A stretch of DNA of 56,615 bases, counting the filler, from Dimargaris cristalligena (lineage: Eukaryota), in NCBI GenBank assembly GCA_003614675.1. It is 3 parts of 3 records of this genome, joined end to end, with 100 filler letters (N's around TTAATTAATTAA, not from the genome) between each part and the next. Parts side by side here need not be neighbours in the genome. Positions count along the whole stretch, not along the records: positions 1 to 18,829 come from ML002752.1; 2 more parts are not named here. The stretch is one strand, 5' to 3'. The translations under genes and the position numbers were made by a program. The notes below the pieces were generated by a model, which saw only the letters and a program-made list of their open reading frames with translations, searched no databases and had not been told where the DNA came from. Positions 1 through 11,643 of the stretch are shown in pieces; position 1 is the stretch's first letter; every line of letters begins with the position of its first letter.

Positions 1-994
1 CATTAACTGTTTAGGTTCGGGAGGAAAAAATGGCTGACCAACTTTCATCTTAACCAGCTACCGGGGGTCCTTTTCATCCCTTTGAGGAATTTACTTTTGG
101 GGTTGGTGGGGGGGGGGCATACAAGGAGGGGTCGGTAGTCGGTCAGTCGCTCCTCCCTCCTTCCATCCTCCGTATACAACTTCCATAAGGCCCTAGAGCG
201 AATGCGACGGCTGACCTACGTTTTTTAGTCATCGGGAGGTGAGCCCCGATTACTAAATCATGATTGCCCGGAGGGCTGTTGGGCATTTGAATCCTAGAAA
301 CAGTCTGTTAGGGGTAAGGATGTCAAGGCTGAGACCCGACCATCGAGACCAGAGTTGAGTGTCCCTCTCGTAACCAGTGTCAGAATTATTGTAGACATCA
401 TAAGTGGAGCATAAGTGAGGTTCATTAATTTCATAATATCGGACATATTTTTTGAATAACCCATCTTTTGATATCTATAATTTAACAGTTCGGAGGTAGT
501 TAGCCGCCTAATAAACCATGACCTACATGTTTTCCTCCTATCCAGTCGGTTTACTAAAGAGGCATTGCTCTCAATTTCCAATGGTGCGATTGCCTTATTT
601 GATCCTACTTGAGTAGGGTGCTTGTCTTTTACAGATTTGAGCCAACATAATGTAATTTAAAACCTAAAAGAGTCCACATCCACGACCCCGGTGGGGTAAC
701 TAGAAAAAGGCTGATATGCTAATAGTCCAGGACAGCTTGGATTACTAGTGTGGTGGGGTCTATATCGATGTTTCCGGGGCAGTGATATGCTGGTCCTGGT
801 GATTCACTTATTTAATACCAGACAGGAGTATTGATATAAGTATACGCCTACCCCTGTGGTGATATTAAAGGGTAATATTACGGATCATTATCCCACTAAA
901 TAACTGGTCATTGAGAAACGACCTCAAAGGATTTATATTTTAAAAAAGTTGAAGTTGTATGTACTTAGGCTAATCCAATTGTATAAAATGCTCG

Positions 995-2122
995 ATTTCT
1001 AGTGTTGTGATATAGGTATTGCACACAATGACAATCAGTATACCATAAATTACAATGGCATGGACATGTGCAGAATGCACATTTTATGATCATACAATCA
1101 TGCAGTGGTGTAAGAGATCTGTTGAAGAATATGTTCCTACATGTTCTTTATCCTACCCTGTTTTACACAATTATGTTAGTTTATTCTGCTATCATGAGAT
1201 TATTTATGTTAGCTACTTATGTTTCACTCTATTGAAATTACAGTTCAATAAAACTAACTACCTAAAGGCACCTACTATCCTCCAGCTGCTTTCTTCCTTT
1301 ACTCCCAGTTTTATATTCTTTATATCCTTAGTATTCCAATAATGACTATATCTAATTTTAGTGGATGGTATTTTTTAATTAGCCCAACCCATTATACTTT
1401 TGCCTGGGTTAACTACTCTTAGTCCATTAAAAGATTTGAGGATAGGTTTTCAATGGAGGTGGGGCTTAGGCTCAGCCAAGTAAGCTACTAGTAGCAGGTA
1501 TAGGATACAGTACTAACTAATAAAGGCTACTGCAGGTATATACAAGGGATATGTAGTAGGTACACTTCCTAGTTAGTATAAGGGGGAGTAAGAATATATA
1601 GAGTTTATTGGGGGTAACCTAAGGGGATGGATAAGTGAAGGACTCTAACTGGTCATAACAGAGCTTGGCTATATATATGTAGAGATAAATCCAGAGGGAG
1701 GTCCTAAGGGAAGGATACTACTAAGACTAAGGTATAGATCAATGGGCTGGCCAGGTGGTCACAGATATCTGGAAGACACTAATGGTAACTAGAAGAGTCT
1801 ATTAGATCAGTACTTGAGTGATTAGTGTGAATAGATGGAGTCTAGAAGGGGAAGGGTTATATTATAAGGGATTCTCCCATAGTACTAGGTGTGACTATGG
1901 GAAAACTAATAAAGTACTATAAGGCCTAATGTAGTCAGATGTCTAAGCTGGTTGGATTAAAGTAGATTAGATGGTCCAACAGTAGGTATTATAGCTATTA
2001 CTAGTACTTTCCCCTACAATATTTTTTAGTAATAGATATATTTAATAGTGTATATAGGAGTGGAGGAAGGGAGTATTGATTAGAATGCTAGTAAATTGAA
2101 GAAATATCAACCTGGTAAGTAG
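995..2122. other. CpG-free, TpA-rich tract; probable hypermutated repeat/gene relic
   Basis: Manual scan finds no CG dinucleotide between the CG at 993-994 and the CG at 2123-2124. TAG/CTA/TAA are abundant and there is no credible ORF. Confidence 0.6.
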
Positions 2123-3178
2123 CGCCCCCTTTATATTTAGTCGGTACTAGTTCTATCATACACTGTAGTTAATGCCTAATAGGCACACTGATCGCCCTAT
2201 TAAGAATGGAGGCCTTGAGAAGGGCTTAGGAAGACCGTGTAATAATGTCCAGAATGCTTCGGATAACAATTATAAGGTATCAGAGACTGCGGGCATTGTT
2301 GATAATGAACGGGATATTCACTGCCCGTGGCCAGGGTATCTGAATGGCCAGGTCCCCGGCCATACTATCCTCAGCCAAGGGTGACGACACATTGGTATTT
2401 GTGGGACTGTATCCAGCCGCTGGGGTACAAGTAACACATATCTAAAGTATATTATTTAATTGTGCTAGATTTACACCAAAAAATTACATAACTCTCTAAG
2501 GGGTGTATTGGTAAATATGTCCCAGGTTCAAAAATGCAATGTTCGGCCGCATGCTATGCATAATGAAATATCCATCAATAGGTCTATATTGGCAGTCGGT
2601 AGCATGGTAAAACTTTATAATGCCCGTAAAAGACCTCGATAGGGTTATTCAGGGCGCTCCTATTTGGGCTCCTATACTCATATCAAAATTGACGAGAATG
2701 GGCTAATGTTGTTTAACAAATCAAGAGAAAGTAGCTTGTAAAAGAAAATATTATTATTTCCACAGTACGTTGGTTCTTTTAGGATCGTCTGCTTTAAAGT
2801 TGCTTAATGAACAAGATAAACCGATTTGTTCGTACTATGGATTAGGGCGGTGTGGCATATGCCTGGAGGGAGGGTAACAGGTGTCTGTGACAGTTTTGAT
2901 GCTGATGGCTAGGCCTCAAACAACGCCACCAATCGGGGCAATGCCAAATATTGCTTAGGGGCTAGATATGGGGGGCAGGCATATTCAAGGCCGCAGGATA
3001 CTGTATTCATTTCTAGACAGTGGCTATTTTCTCAAATAAATAAATTAAAGCGCTTGTGGAGTATGGTGTGGCATGCTAATTGTTCGATACAGCCGGCTAC
3101 AAAGAGGGTAGAAACGTTAAAAATCTAATAATTACAATAGTCTATATCAAACATTGGTTCAGCGGGATGCCGCCGACA

Positions 3179-5479
3179 TTAAAGAAGATGCTCAATACTC
3201 AAGGTCCGCCTAGTGAAGGGAGAGTTGCGCATCTGCCGAATTTCATCCACGATTGTAAGGTTAGCTTGCCACAAATCCCCGAAGGTTCCCAAGGCATGTA
3301 CGATTTCGTCTATAAAGCGGTTCGCCAATTGGCGGTCGGCGAGTTCAACTGGGGTGGGGTACACCGCGCCCATACCGTGGGCGCGTTCGTGACAAATGAC
3401 GGCGGCCGGGTACAGGGCCGCCAGGAATAGTGTATTAAAGATAATGGCGGGCGGGAAAACGGATTCAATGACGAGCGCGCGGAGACGGACGACGTATAGC
3501 CAGCACCGCTCGTGGCATTCCGCTAGCGTACGGTCGGTGATATCTCCCGTAGTCTCTTGGAGTACCTCGCGCAGGGCCGAGCCGGGGAAGGGTTCAGCAC
3601 TCGTGGTAGGGGTGGAGGAGTGACCGTCGAAATGGTTAAGGAACAGCACAAGCACAATACACATCACCTGCGCTTGGAAGGAGGAGGTGGTGTTATCTTT
3701 TAGTGATGATGAGTCTTCGGTTGGGGTGGTGTCCTCAACCCGGTGGCTCGGCACTATCAGTCGATTGTACCACCGCTCTAATTCGTAGTTCAGGCCCGGC
3801 AAGGCCCGAACCCAGGCCGCCGGATCAGTCGCCTGTCGTGATCGCAGCTGAGCAATGTGGTGGCCCAGAATGGCAATTTCTACTCTAACTATCAGTCCAT
3901 TATTTTTGATGCGACTGTTACTTAAAAACGCGGGGTACATTCGGTCATGGTGGATATCCAGCGATGGGGCGCTTAACAGCTCGGCATCCAGCCGGGATTC
4001 CAAATCCACACCCGCCTGAGGCAAATTGACGAAACAGTCGTCCAGGTCCACTAGTGGTTTATGGCCAAACAGCAAAGCGGCGAGCACATCGGTGTGGAAG
4101 AAGGCCCACCACGTCACCCGGTAGTATTCCCGTAGAAATTCATTTTGAATGGTCGGTACATCCACCAGCAGGTCTTTTCCTACACCAAGGTGCAGGGGCC
4201 TCGGGGGTGGGTTAGGATGGTCCATGAGATAAACACGGGCGGATTGGTGTTTACGAAAGGAGATGGTAGTCAGCATTTGGTGCAGGGCAAAGCGGCCCAG
4301 GCTTAGCGTGACCTCCGTCAACATGCTAAGTGCGGCGAACATGTCAGGAGCGGGGTCGGCCAGGCACTGGGGCAATTCGTGCAGCAGTCGGGTGTGGTAC
4401 TCCGAGCTCACTTCGTACGGCGAAAAGTGCTCAAAAATGGGGTGGTTGGAAAAGGGGGCCGCAGCCATCATAATGGCCAGTTGGAAGGCCTCCGGAACGA
4501 GCTGGTTATCTAGGCGATAGATAATCCGGAGGGAATGGATGGGGCTGGTATCCTTAAGGGCTAGGCTGCAAAACCCGTTGAGTACAAAGCGAACTACGCC
4601 GGAATGGTACATCAGGTCGGCAGGGACAAACAAGGGTCGTAACCCAGGGAGCTGGTACCGGTGGGTTTGCTGTACCGCATCTGGGTCGAGGTGCTCACCT
4701 CCATACGGCGGTATATATCCATTCCAGCTATCATAAGTGGTTAAACCCGCCACAGAGTCCTCGTCCCCCCGGGGTGGGCGGCACAATCTCCGGTATCGCT
4801 TCAGCCGCACTAGCAAGCGCATAGTCCATTCACTAAAAGTATCTTCTAGGGGAATATTTGAGCGCTGTTTCATGATGCATATCCTTAGCCACATGGGCAA
4901 TTGCGGGGTTGTAGTCATGGCTGTGGCTGAGTTTACGAGGTTCGGTGACGATGGTAGAGAGGATGGAATAAGGGCTCTCTCACTGCTGGGTGTCCCTGGT
5001 ATCTCTACTACGACAGTCTCGGCCGAGGCAGCCGGGAGGGTTGGAGGCAGCGGGCCCGCGGGGTTGTCGGGTCTGACCGACGCCATGCAAGTTTCCCGAC
5101 CTTCTATCGGCGGCACCAGTTGCTCTGTAGTCAACGTAGGAGGAGGAGGTAAGGAAACCCGGGGCGATGGTAGAAAGGAGGGGGTCGTTGTGGATGTGGT
5201 CGTGGTCATCGCCATTTCAACGGGACGTATCCGGACGGGCCTCCCTCCTTTACCCTGACTGGACTTGGCTAGGGCTTTCCGGAGGCGACTGGGTGTGAGT
5301 TGGTATTGGCATTCGGTGTTCCATTTCTGACAGTTACTGCAGCTGGGCAGAAGGCGGTTACAACCCACTTTACGATTGCGACAGGCGACACAGGAACTCC
5401 GGTAGCGTTCAGGGGCGAGGCGGGGCTTAAGTGCAGTAATGGGCCGGTGAAGTTCGGAGGCAGCGGTAGGTCTCTCCAT
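3179..5479 (-). CDS. Zn(II)2Cys6 (GAL4-type) transcription factor with fungal TF middle-homology-like region, paralog 1 (766 aa, intronless)
   Basis: CVACRNRKVGCNRLLPSCSNCQKWNTEC fits C-x2-C-x6-C-x6-C-x2-C-x6-C. A Pro/Ser/Thr linker follows, then 'REYYRVTWWAFFHTDVLAALLFGHKPLV..VNLP', resembling the Fungal_trans core motif. Confidence 0.93.
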   Translation of the reverse strand: MERPTAASELHRPITALKPRLAPERYRSSCVACRNRKVGCNRLLPSCSNCQKWNTECQYQLTPSRLRKALAKSSQGKGGRPVRIRPVEMAMTTTTSTTTPSFLPSPRVSLPPPPTLTTEQLVPPIEGRETCMASVRPDNPAGPLPPTLPAASAETVVVEIPGTPSSERALIPSSLPSSPNLVNSATAMTTTPQLPMWLRICIMKQRSNIPLEDTFSEWTMRLLVRLKRYRRLCRPPRGDEDSVAGLTTYDSWNGYIPPYGGEHLDPDAVQQTHRYQLPGLRPLFVPADLMYHSGVVRFVLNGFCSLALKDTSPIHSLRIIYRLDNQLVPEAFQLAIMMAAAPFSNHPIFEHFSPYEVSSEYHTRLLHELPQCLADPAPDMFAALSMLTEVTLSLGRFALHQMLTTISFRKHQSARVYLMDHPNPPPRPLHLGVGKDLLVDVPTIQNEFLREYYRVTWWAFFHTDVLAALLFGHKPLVDLDDCFVNLPQAGVDLESRLDAELLSAPSLDIHHDRMYPAFLSNSRIKNNGLIVRVEIAILGHHIAQLRSRQATDPAAWVRALPGLNYELERWYNRLIVPSHRVEDTTPTEDSSSLKDNTTSSFQAQVMCIVLVLFLNHFDGHSSTPTTSAEPFPGSALREVLQETTGDITDRTLAECHERCWLYVVRLRALVIESVFPPAIIFNTLFLAALYPAAVICHERAHGMGAVYPTPVELADRQLANRFIDEIVHALGTFGDLWQANLTIVDEIRQMRNSPFTRRTLSIEHLL

Positions 5480-5748
5480 GCCAGGGCGGGGGAGGGGAGG
5501 CGTGTATGAACTTTATGGGGGGGATGGCGGCTTGGTCAACGAAACAGGTCTAATGGAGCAACTGGATATAGATTAAGAAAAGCCTTGGCAGGAATGGTTC
5601 AAAGGGTCAGGGGCGGCAGTCATAGCGTCTAAAGTGTTCAAAGCATTTGGACCAACTAAGTAAAAATAAGCTAAGGGGTTCGGCTGGTGGACTGCGCATT
5701 TCAAAATGAGAGCAAAGATGGTTAGGTGGGAGGGTGTCAGTGTTGTAG

Positions 5749-5892
5749 ATGTGGGAGGAGTTCAACCAGGCCGTATAACGAAAAATCCGTTGGATGAGGC
5801 AATTACTACAAGTTGAAAATAAACATCCCGCCTATTTTCCTGTACACATATCATTTAAGACCTTATACAGCTGGGCCGAATTCCACCCATAT
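5749..5892 (+). mobile_element. 144-bp MITE-like element, copy 1
   Basis: Aligns by eye with 36439-36581, 47132-47275 and 47272-47415. Imperfect ~30-bp terminal inverted repeats (ATGTGGGAGGAGTTCAACCAGGCCGTATAA ... TTATACAGCTGGGCCGAATTCCACCCATAT). Confidence 0.75.
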
Positions 5893-6586
5893 ACAAGATA
5901 ATATGAAGGCCATTTGAATATAGATAGGTAAATGGTGAAATAGAAGTTGGTTGGTTTACGTTAATGAATATTGCCGAGGACTCCAGATTGGCGGTGAAGT
6001 GTGTATTTGGGAAGTATGCATGTAAAAAGAATAGAGTGAAGGGGGCACTTAAGGGGAATGGTGACAACAGGGGCTTTTAATGGTCCGAAGGCTATTCGAC
6101 ATGCGAAATAGTTAAGAAAGTTCAGTGTTCTTAATTGATTTTCCAATACATTGATTCCATTTATTCAAAACATTAGACTATAACTAAACGAGAAAGTGTT
6201 GCATTGACACACATTGGCCCAGGCGAGCAATGGTTAAAACGAAAAACTAATCCGAATATAAGGGCCAGGTGTCCTCATGTGGGGGGCCAGCTGCGGGGTA
6301 TTATTCAAACGCTGCTAGAGATCAAGCATAGCCCGAAGCCACCTTAGAAGGTCGAACTATAGCCGCCGATTCGGCTGGCCCCCAATACTTTGGCATAGTA
6401 GTTTTTTTTTGGTGAGTGAAGTAATATATCTCATCCACCTTGGTGGAAATAAACAAGGGTAATTTAGTGGACTATTCGTGGTACAGCATAGCCAAGCTAA
6501 GGCGGCTTGCAGTTCAGAAAAGTGGAGGCCGGGTGGTGCAGTAGTCATGGGGGATATTGGGGTGTATCCACTACGAATGGGATGGT

Positions 6587-8475
6587 CTAAAATTCCTCCG
6601 GAACGTTCACTTGGCCCCGCAAAATGGCATGTTCGGCAATACTAAGTTTGCTGGGTAGCTGCCCCAGAGATTGCAAGTAGGCGCCCTGCCGGACATATCG
6701 GTGAAAATTAGGGTCATTCAGGTACGCATCAAAACCCCAGAACTCGGTATCGAATGTCTTGGGGGTCGTATCCACCGAAGGTTTTTGCTGGCCTGTACCA
6801 AATTCGGGAGTGACCACGGCTATTTCCATTTGGAATTTACCCTGGTCGTCGCTATCCGTGAGTCGCAAGTTCTGCAAATACAAATCCAATTTGCAATACA
6901 CGGATAACACCTCTTGTTTAAATCCTTCTTGGATAGCCAGTGCAGCGCAGCCCAGGGCCTTTTCCACGAACTCAGCGCCGCGAACGAAACCCTTATTTCG
7001 CATAAACTCGGCCAGGATACACTTGCTGGCGATGTCTTTAGTCTGCGGCTCTGCCCAAGGCATCCCAGGAAACAGGCCCGGCAGGCTTTCCAATAGGGCT
7101 ATATTTTGGCCCAGGGCAGCCAGCACGACCGCCAGCTGTCCCTCCATTGGGGTATAAATGGAGCGCTTTCGCCAATCGGGATCCTTACGCAGTAGCGCTA
7201 GATCATCCATGAATTGCTGTAGACGGTCGAACCGGTCGGTAGTAGCCAGGCGAGCCATGATCATCCCCGCGGTATTATGTAACAGTTCACTATAAAACAT
7301 GCTTATTCCATCCGCCTGGGCTTGGTCTGCCATGAATCGGAACATGGTTTGTAATACGTGGCTTAGTGGGCTGAACCCGGGCGAACGATCGCTGGGTTGG
7401 GAGGAGGAGGAGATAGCGGTGCTGGTGGTGGCCGGCATTTCCGAAACCTCGCTCATGAATCGGCGGCCAAGTGTTTCCATGGAAGGGTCCAGGAAATTTT
7501 TCAGAATCTCCACGGCACCCATACCGCGCGGCGGGTTGTCCACCAGGACTAGTAAGGGCAGGTCCGTGGCTAAATCCCGGGGGTCCATGGTTTTGGGATT
7601 GACAAACTGCCAGTTCTTTTTCTCATACAGTGGTTGGTTACCAGAATAGGTCAGAGCCCGATAGGCAGGAGTCAGCAGACTCGAATACATTACGACTTCT
7701 GCATTCAGAGCAGCTCTGTTATATACAGTCTGCCAGGTGCTGCACTGATAGATGACTGTGGTTAGTAATCCAAACGAAATCTGGTGGTGAAGTAACTGGT
7801 CCCAGCCTTGCAGTACCCGCTGCATATTATAGATGGAGTTCTGTTTGGCTGATGGGTTGGAAAGTGGTTTTGGTAAGGTAGGTTGCTTGTCGTTTACTTT
7901 TCCCGTGGGGTTGCTACCATCTTTAATCCACTCATTACCTTGACGAACCCAGTTGAATGGGACCTATGTAGTAAGGTGGAACGTGGAAGGAGGAGGTCAA
8001 AGGTCCGGAGATTAGTAAATTAGCCATAGGTTATCCAGGGAATGGTCGTAGTTAATGAGACTGGTCTTATGTATAATTGTACAATGGAATATGCAAATTG
8101 AGCTAGATTTGGACAAGCATGCGACAAAAAGAGGTCTGTAATGGCTAGAAGCACCACCGGTCAAGGTGTGGAGTGACATGGGCCACACTATTGTTCCTTC
8201 TTATCACTGAATTTCAAATTTACCTCGAATTTCTCCTTGGGATTATTGCCAGTAATTTCATGAAAACTTTTACTGGTACTCAATAGTTGATGACGAATTT
8301 GGGGATCGTAGGCCTTATCGATGATATTTTGAAATAGCTCCATGGGAAAAATGGCCTCATTTTGTTTTGAATTGGAGGTGTCCAAGGGGTTGGAGGCCAT
8401 GCCGAATTGTACACTGTGGTCCAAGGCAAGGCTAAGGGCGACCAGGCCGAGCGTGTTCCGACGGAGCGCCTGCAT
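6587..8475 (-). CDS. Putative secreted protein with N-terminal F-box-like motif (2 exons: 8475-8224, 7963-6587; 542 aa)
   Basis: A phase-0 intron at 7964-8223 (GAG|GTAAAT ... TACATAG|GTC) joins ORF 8188..8577 to ORF 6587..7825 in frame (..KEKFE|VPFNW..SIYNMQRV). N-terminus MQALRRNTLGLVALSLALDHSVQFGMAS is signal-peptide-like. IFPMELFQNIIDKAYDPQIRHQLLSTSKSFHEI resembles the F-box consensus. Confidence 0.75.
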
Positions 8476-8633
8476 GGCGAAGAGAGTGGAATTGGTGGAA
8501 AGGGTAAGAAAGAAAGAGAGAGAGAGAGAGGGAAAGGACAGGTTAAGTAATGTCCAATATTTTATTTTTGACTTCAATTGAAAATATACACATGAAAAGG
8601 ATTGGTGTACGAAAATAGGGGAAATGGCAAGTC

Positions 8634-8641
8634 TTTATATA
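8634..8641 (-). promoter_or_regulatory. TATA-like box (TATATAAA) upstream of the secreted F-box-like gene
   Basis: TATATAAA on the minus strand ~160 bp upstream of ATG 8475, followed by a pyrimidine-rich (CT)n leader. Confidence 0.4.
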
Positions 8642-10898
8642 TATGTGTGTGTACATTTACGGACTCTCAATTTGTCAACGTAGGTAAGCCAGCATGATAG
8701 TCGCTCTGAGGACCAAGAAAAAAAGGGCGAGGGGCCCCGATAAAATATATTAAACCGCGAATTCTATTCGCACTCTCGCCAACCCTAGCTACCACTAGCG
8801 CTGCAGCCGTTGTACAACCTCTGATGCCATTCTTGGTACTTTTTTGATGGAGGTAACTAGGGATGTGGTATGTGGCGCTCAGGCCCAATGGCTAGAGTTT
8901 ATTCGCGGATCACTTGTCACTACTATTCATCATCTCTTCAATTAGCCAGCGCGCCTGTTCACCCTCTCCCTCTCCCCTTTCTAGCCATTCTACCATTGGG
9001 GGGTACGCTGTCCCATCCGAGCCACCAACCATAATCGAGATGGGTTTACACAGGGCCCGGCTGTTCGTCGCATGGGCCCTGGTGGATAATCGCCGGTCGT
9101 ATCTAAGGGGGGGGGGGCTTCTCTTATCCCCCGACACCTACCCAATTGCCTTATCTGACATATGCTGCTGCTACCCTGGCAGCAATGTGTGATTTAATCC
9201 TGCCCAGTAACTATCCCGGGGCGAGTGACGAACAGGGCCAACTCATATGCAGGGATAGAATAGACACTTACCTATAGTGCAAACCTTCAACCGATAAAAA
9301 TCACCACCTTACTCTGGTTCAGCTGACTGTCCATAGAGGTTAGCATTCTAGGTGGCAGAACATAGCTACTTGTGGATATCTGTTTTTTACCTCCCTATTT
9401 CGCCCAACAGCCCCGTTATAGTCATGGACGGATGGAACAAGTATTAGTTAGTTATTTTGTAAAATATAAGCCGAGTAGAGCAGCAGAATCTTTGACGCTG
9501 AGCAAGGAATTTTAAATGTATATTGGATTATTATTATGAGACAGAGGGCTGGGGGGATACGTACCATTCTTCGCTTTACATTTCCTACGCCTCTCTACAG
9601 CCCTGGATTGAAACAGCGATAGTGTGCCGTTTGGGTGAAAAAGGTCGACAGCCATTACTTCGCAATTGAATATTTGGGAACGGGGCATTTCGCCAATATG
9701 GTGACCAGTGTAACAACCAGCTGAACGAAAGGGTATATACCAGTTGATTTCTATCAAAACCAACCGCACCCGCCATCTCCTTGTCCAGGGAAGTCACTTT
9801 TTCTTAGCCATGTCCTTTTCAAAAAGTAGGTGCGCTACGTCCCCCTATTGCCCTCTCTAGTTAATGCCATATGTGAGAGGGCTCAACATATATATATATA
9901 TATATATTAAATTAGGCATGCATGAAGGGGATGATAGGAGCGAAACTTAACTAGCCCAAGCCCGCCAATAAAGTTTTTATATAAGAGGCGATTTAAATCC
10001 GCCGTATAGTTAAAACTACATTTCTAGCCACATCTACTGGGATGTGCAATGGTAGAGGTTTTTATGGACAACCTGAAATAATAAGCGAGATCCTGTCAAT
10101 AAGAGATATGTATGCTTGGAAGTTAGCGAAGGGCACTCAGCGATATAGGTAAGTATAGTGAACAACTCGGGTGGACGATAGTCTGTCTGGCAAAAAAGGC
10201 CAACCCCGAATTCGACAACAACCATGGTGAATTAGGCTGATCCCTTTTGTTCATCGGGGAAGTATGTTTAGCACAATCGCCAGGCTAAACCCCCCACAGC
10301 AGCAACACCAACACTGGGCCAACTCTGTTCCTATTATCGCCGCTCCTTTTCCAAATGCACTCGCCAACGTGAAGCACCTTCTTTTGTAAAACGCCCCATT
10401 TTATTCCTTCATTTTGGAGTCATATCAGTTGCCTTATATGGCTGCGGAACTACTTGATGTACCCATCGAGTTCACGATAATTAAACTCGAGACCCGCGTA
10501 TCACGGCCAGGTGCAACTATTACCCTTGAGCTTAGGTTGCTCCATAACGGAGGCGAGAAATGTGGCTTATTTAGTAAGGCCACTTAGGAAAAAGAAATAA
10601 AGGGGAATTATATAGGGGGGGGGGCGAGGTTTGGTCAATGGCTTATTGTGCAATTGTGGACCACTCTACTCAACAGAGGCGGGGAAGCGAGAGTTATTAG
10701 TGTATTGATTGGGGGTATGAAGCGCAACTGATACCCCATTCCATACCATACATCAACAACTAGGCTGTGGGAGATTAGGTTGTCAATTGGCCTACTGTAT
10801 AATCAACTAAATGAGGGGCCATCGAGTATATATATATACATATGTTTTTATATCCCATAGGATTAATGAAATCGTCTGGAGTTCATTGAAAAAGCCAT

Positions 10899-11619
10899 TC
10901 CCATATCGGCATGGTCTAACCATCAGCGAGCATGGTCGTTTTTATAATGGCCTTAAGACCCCCATGTGCTATGGTAGATGGATCATTATCGGACAAATGT
11001 ATCAGTCGTAATGGAAAGGATTTAGGGGCCGTCTACATTGAGCGTACCGGCCAATCAGGTGCCCTACACGGTTAGGTGTTGCACCATGGCAAGCAACACA
11101 CAACTTCTTATATATAGATATAATTAAAAATAAGCCCTACTCTTGATATAGAAATTATATTACAGGAAGAGACAAATGTATTGGTATGGCTAAAGGGGCA
11201 CCCGCTAAGGCTAAGAGAAATGATAATCGTAGTATGTCGTTTTATATATATAAAAGACGGGGGATTAAGGACATTATAAAAACGACCATGCTCGCTGATG
11301 GTTAGACCATGCCGATATGGGAGATGGATCATTATCGGACAAATGTATCAGTCGTAATGGAAAGGATTTAGGGGCCGTCTACATTGAGCGTACCGGCCAA
11401 TCAGGTGCCCTACACGGTTAGGTGTTGCACCATGGCAAGCAACACACAACTTCTTATATATAGATATAATTAAAAATAAGCCCTACTCTTGATATAGAAA
11501 TTATATTACAGGAAGAGACAAATGTATTGGTATGGCTAAAGGGGCACCCGCTAAGGCTAAGAGAAATGATAATCGTAGTATGTCGTTTTATATATATAAA
11601 AGACGGGGGATTAAGGACA
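10899..11619. repeat. 298-bp exact direct duplication (10976-11273, 11322-11619) separated by an inverted 51-bp copy (11272-11322) of 10899-10949
   Basis: Both direct copies run AGATGGATCATTATCGGAC...GGGGATTAAGGACA. The spacer is the reverse complement of TCCCATATCGGCATGG...TTTATAATG. Confidence 0.95.
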
Positions 11620-11643
11620 GATAACAATTGGCCTAGACGGTTT

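Noticed and set aside
294..581. 95-aa minus-strand ORF and an overlapping protein-like frame (DGLFKKYVRYYEINEPHL..)
   Set aside because: Non-ATG start, no recognisable domain and nearby stops; at most a relic.
6617..6646. KLSIAEHAIL near the C-terminus of the secreted F-box-like protein resembling the TF tail LSIEHLL
   Set aside because: Spacing differs and the match is too short to be meaningful without homologs.
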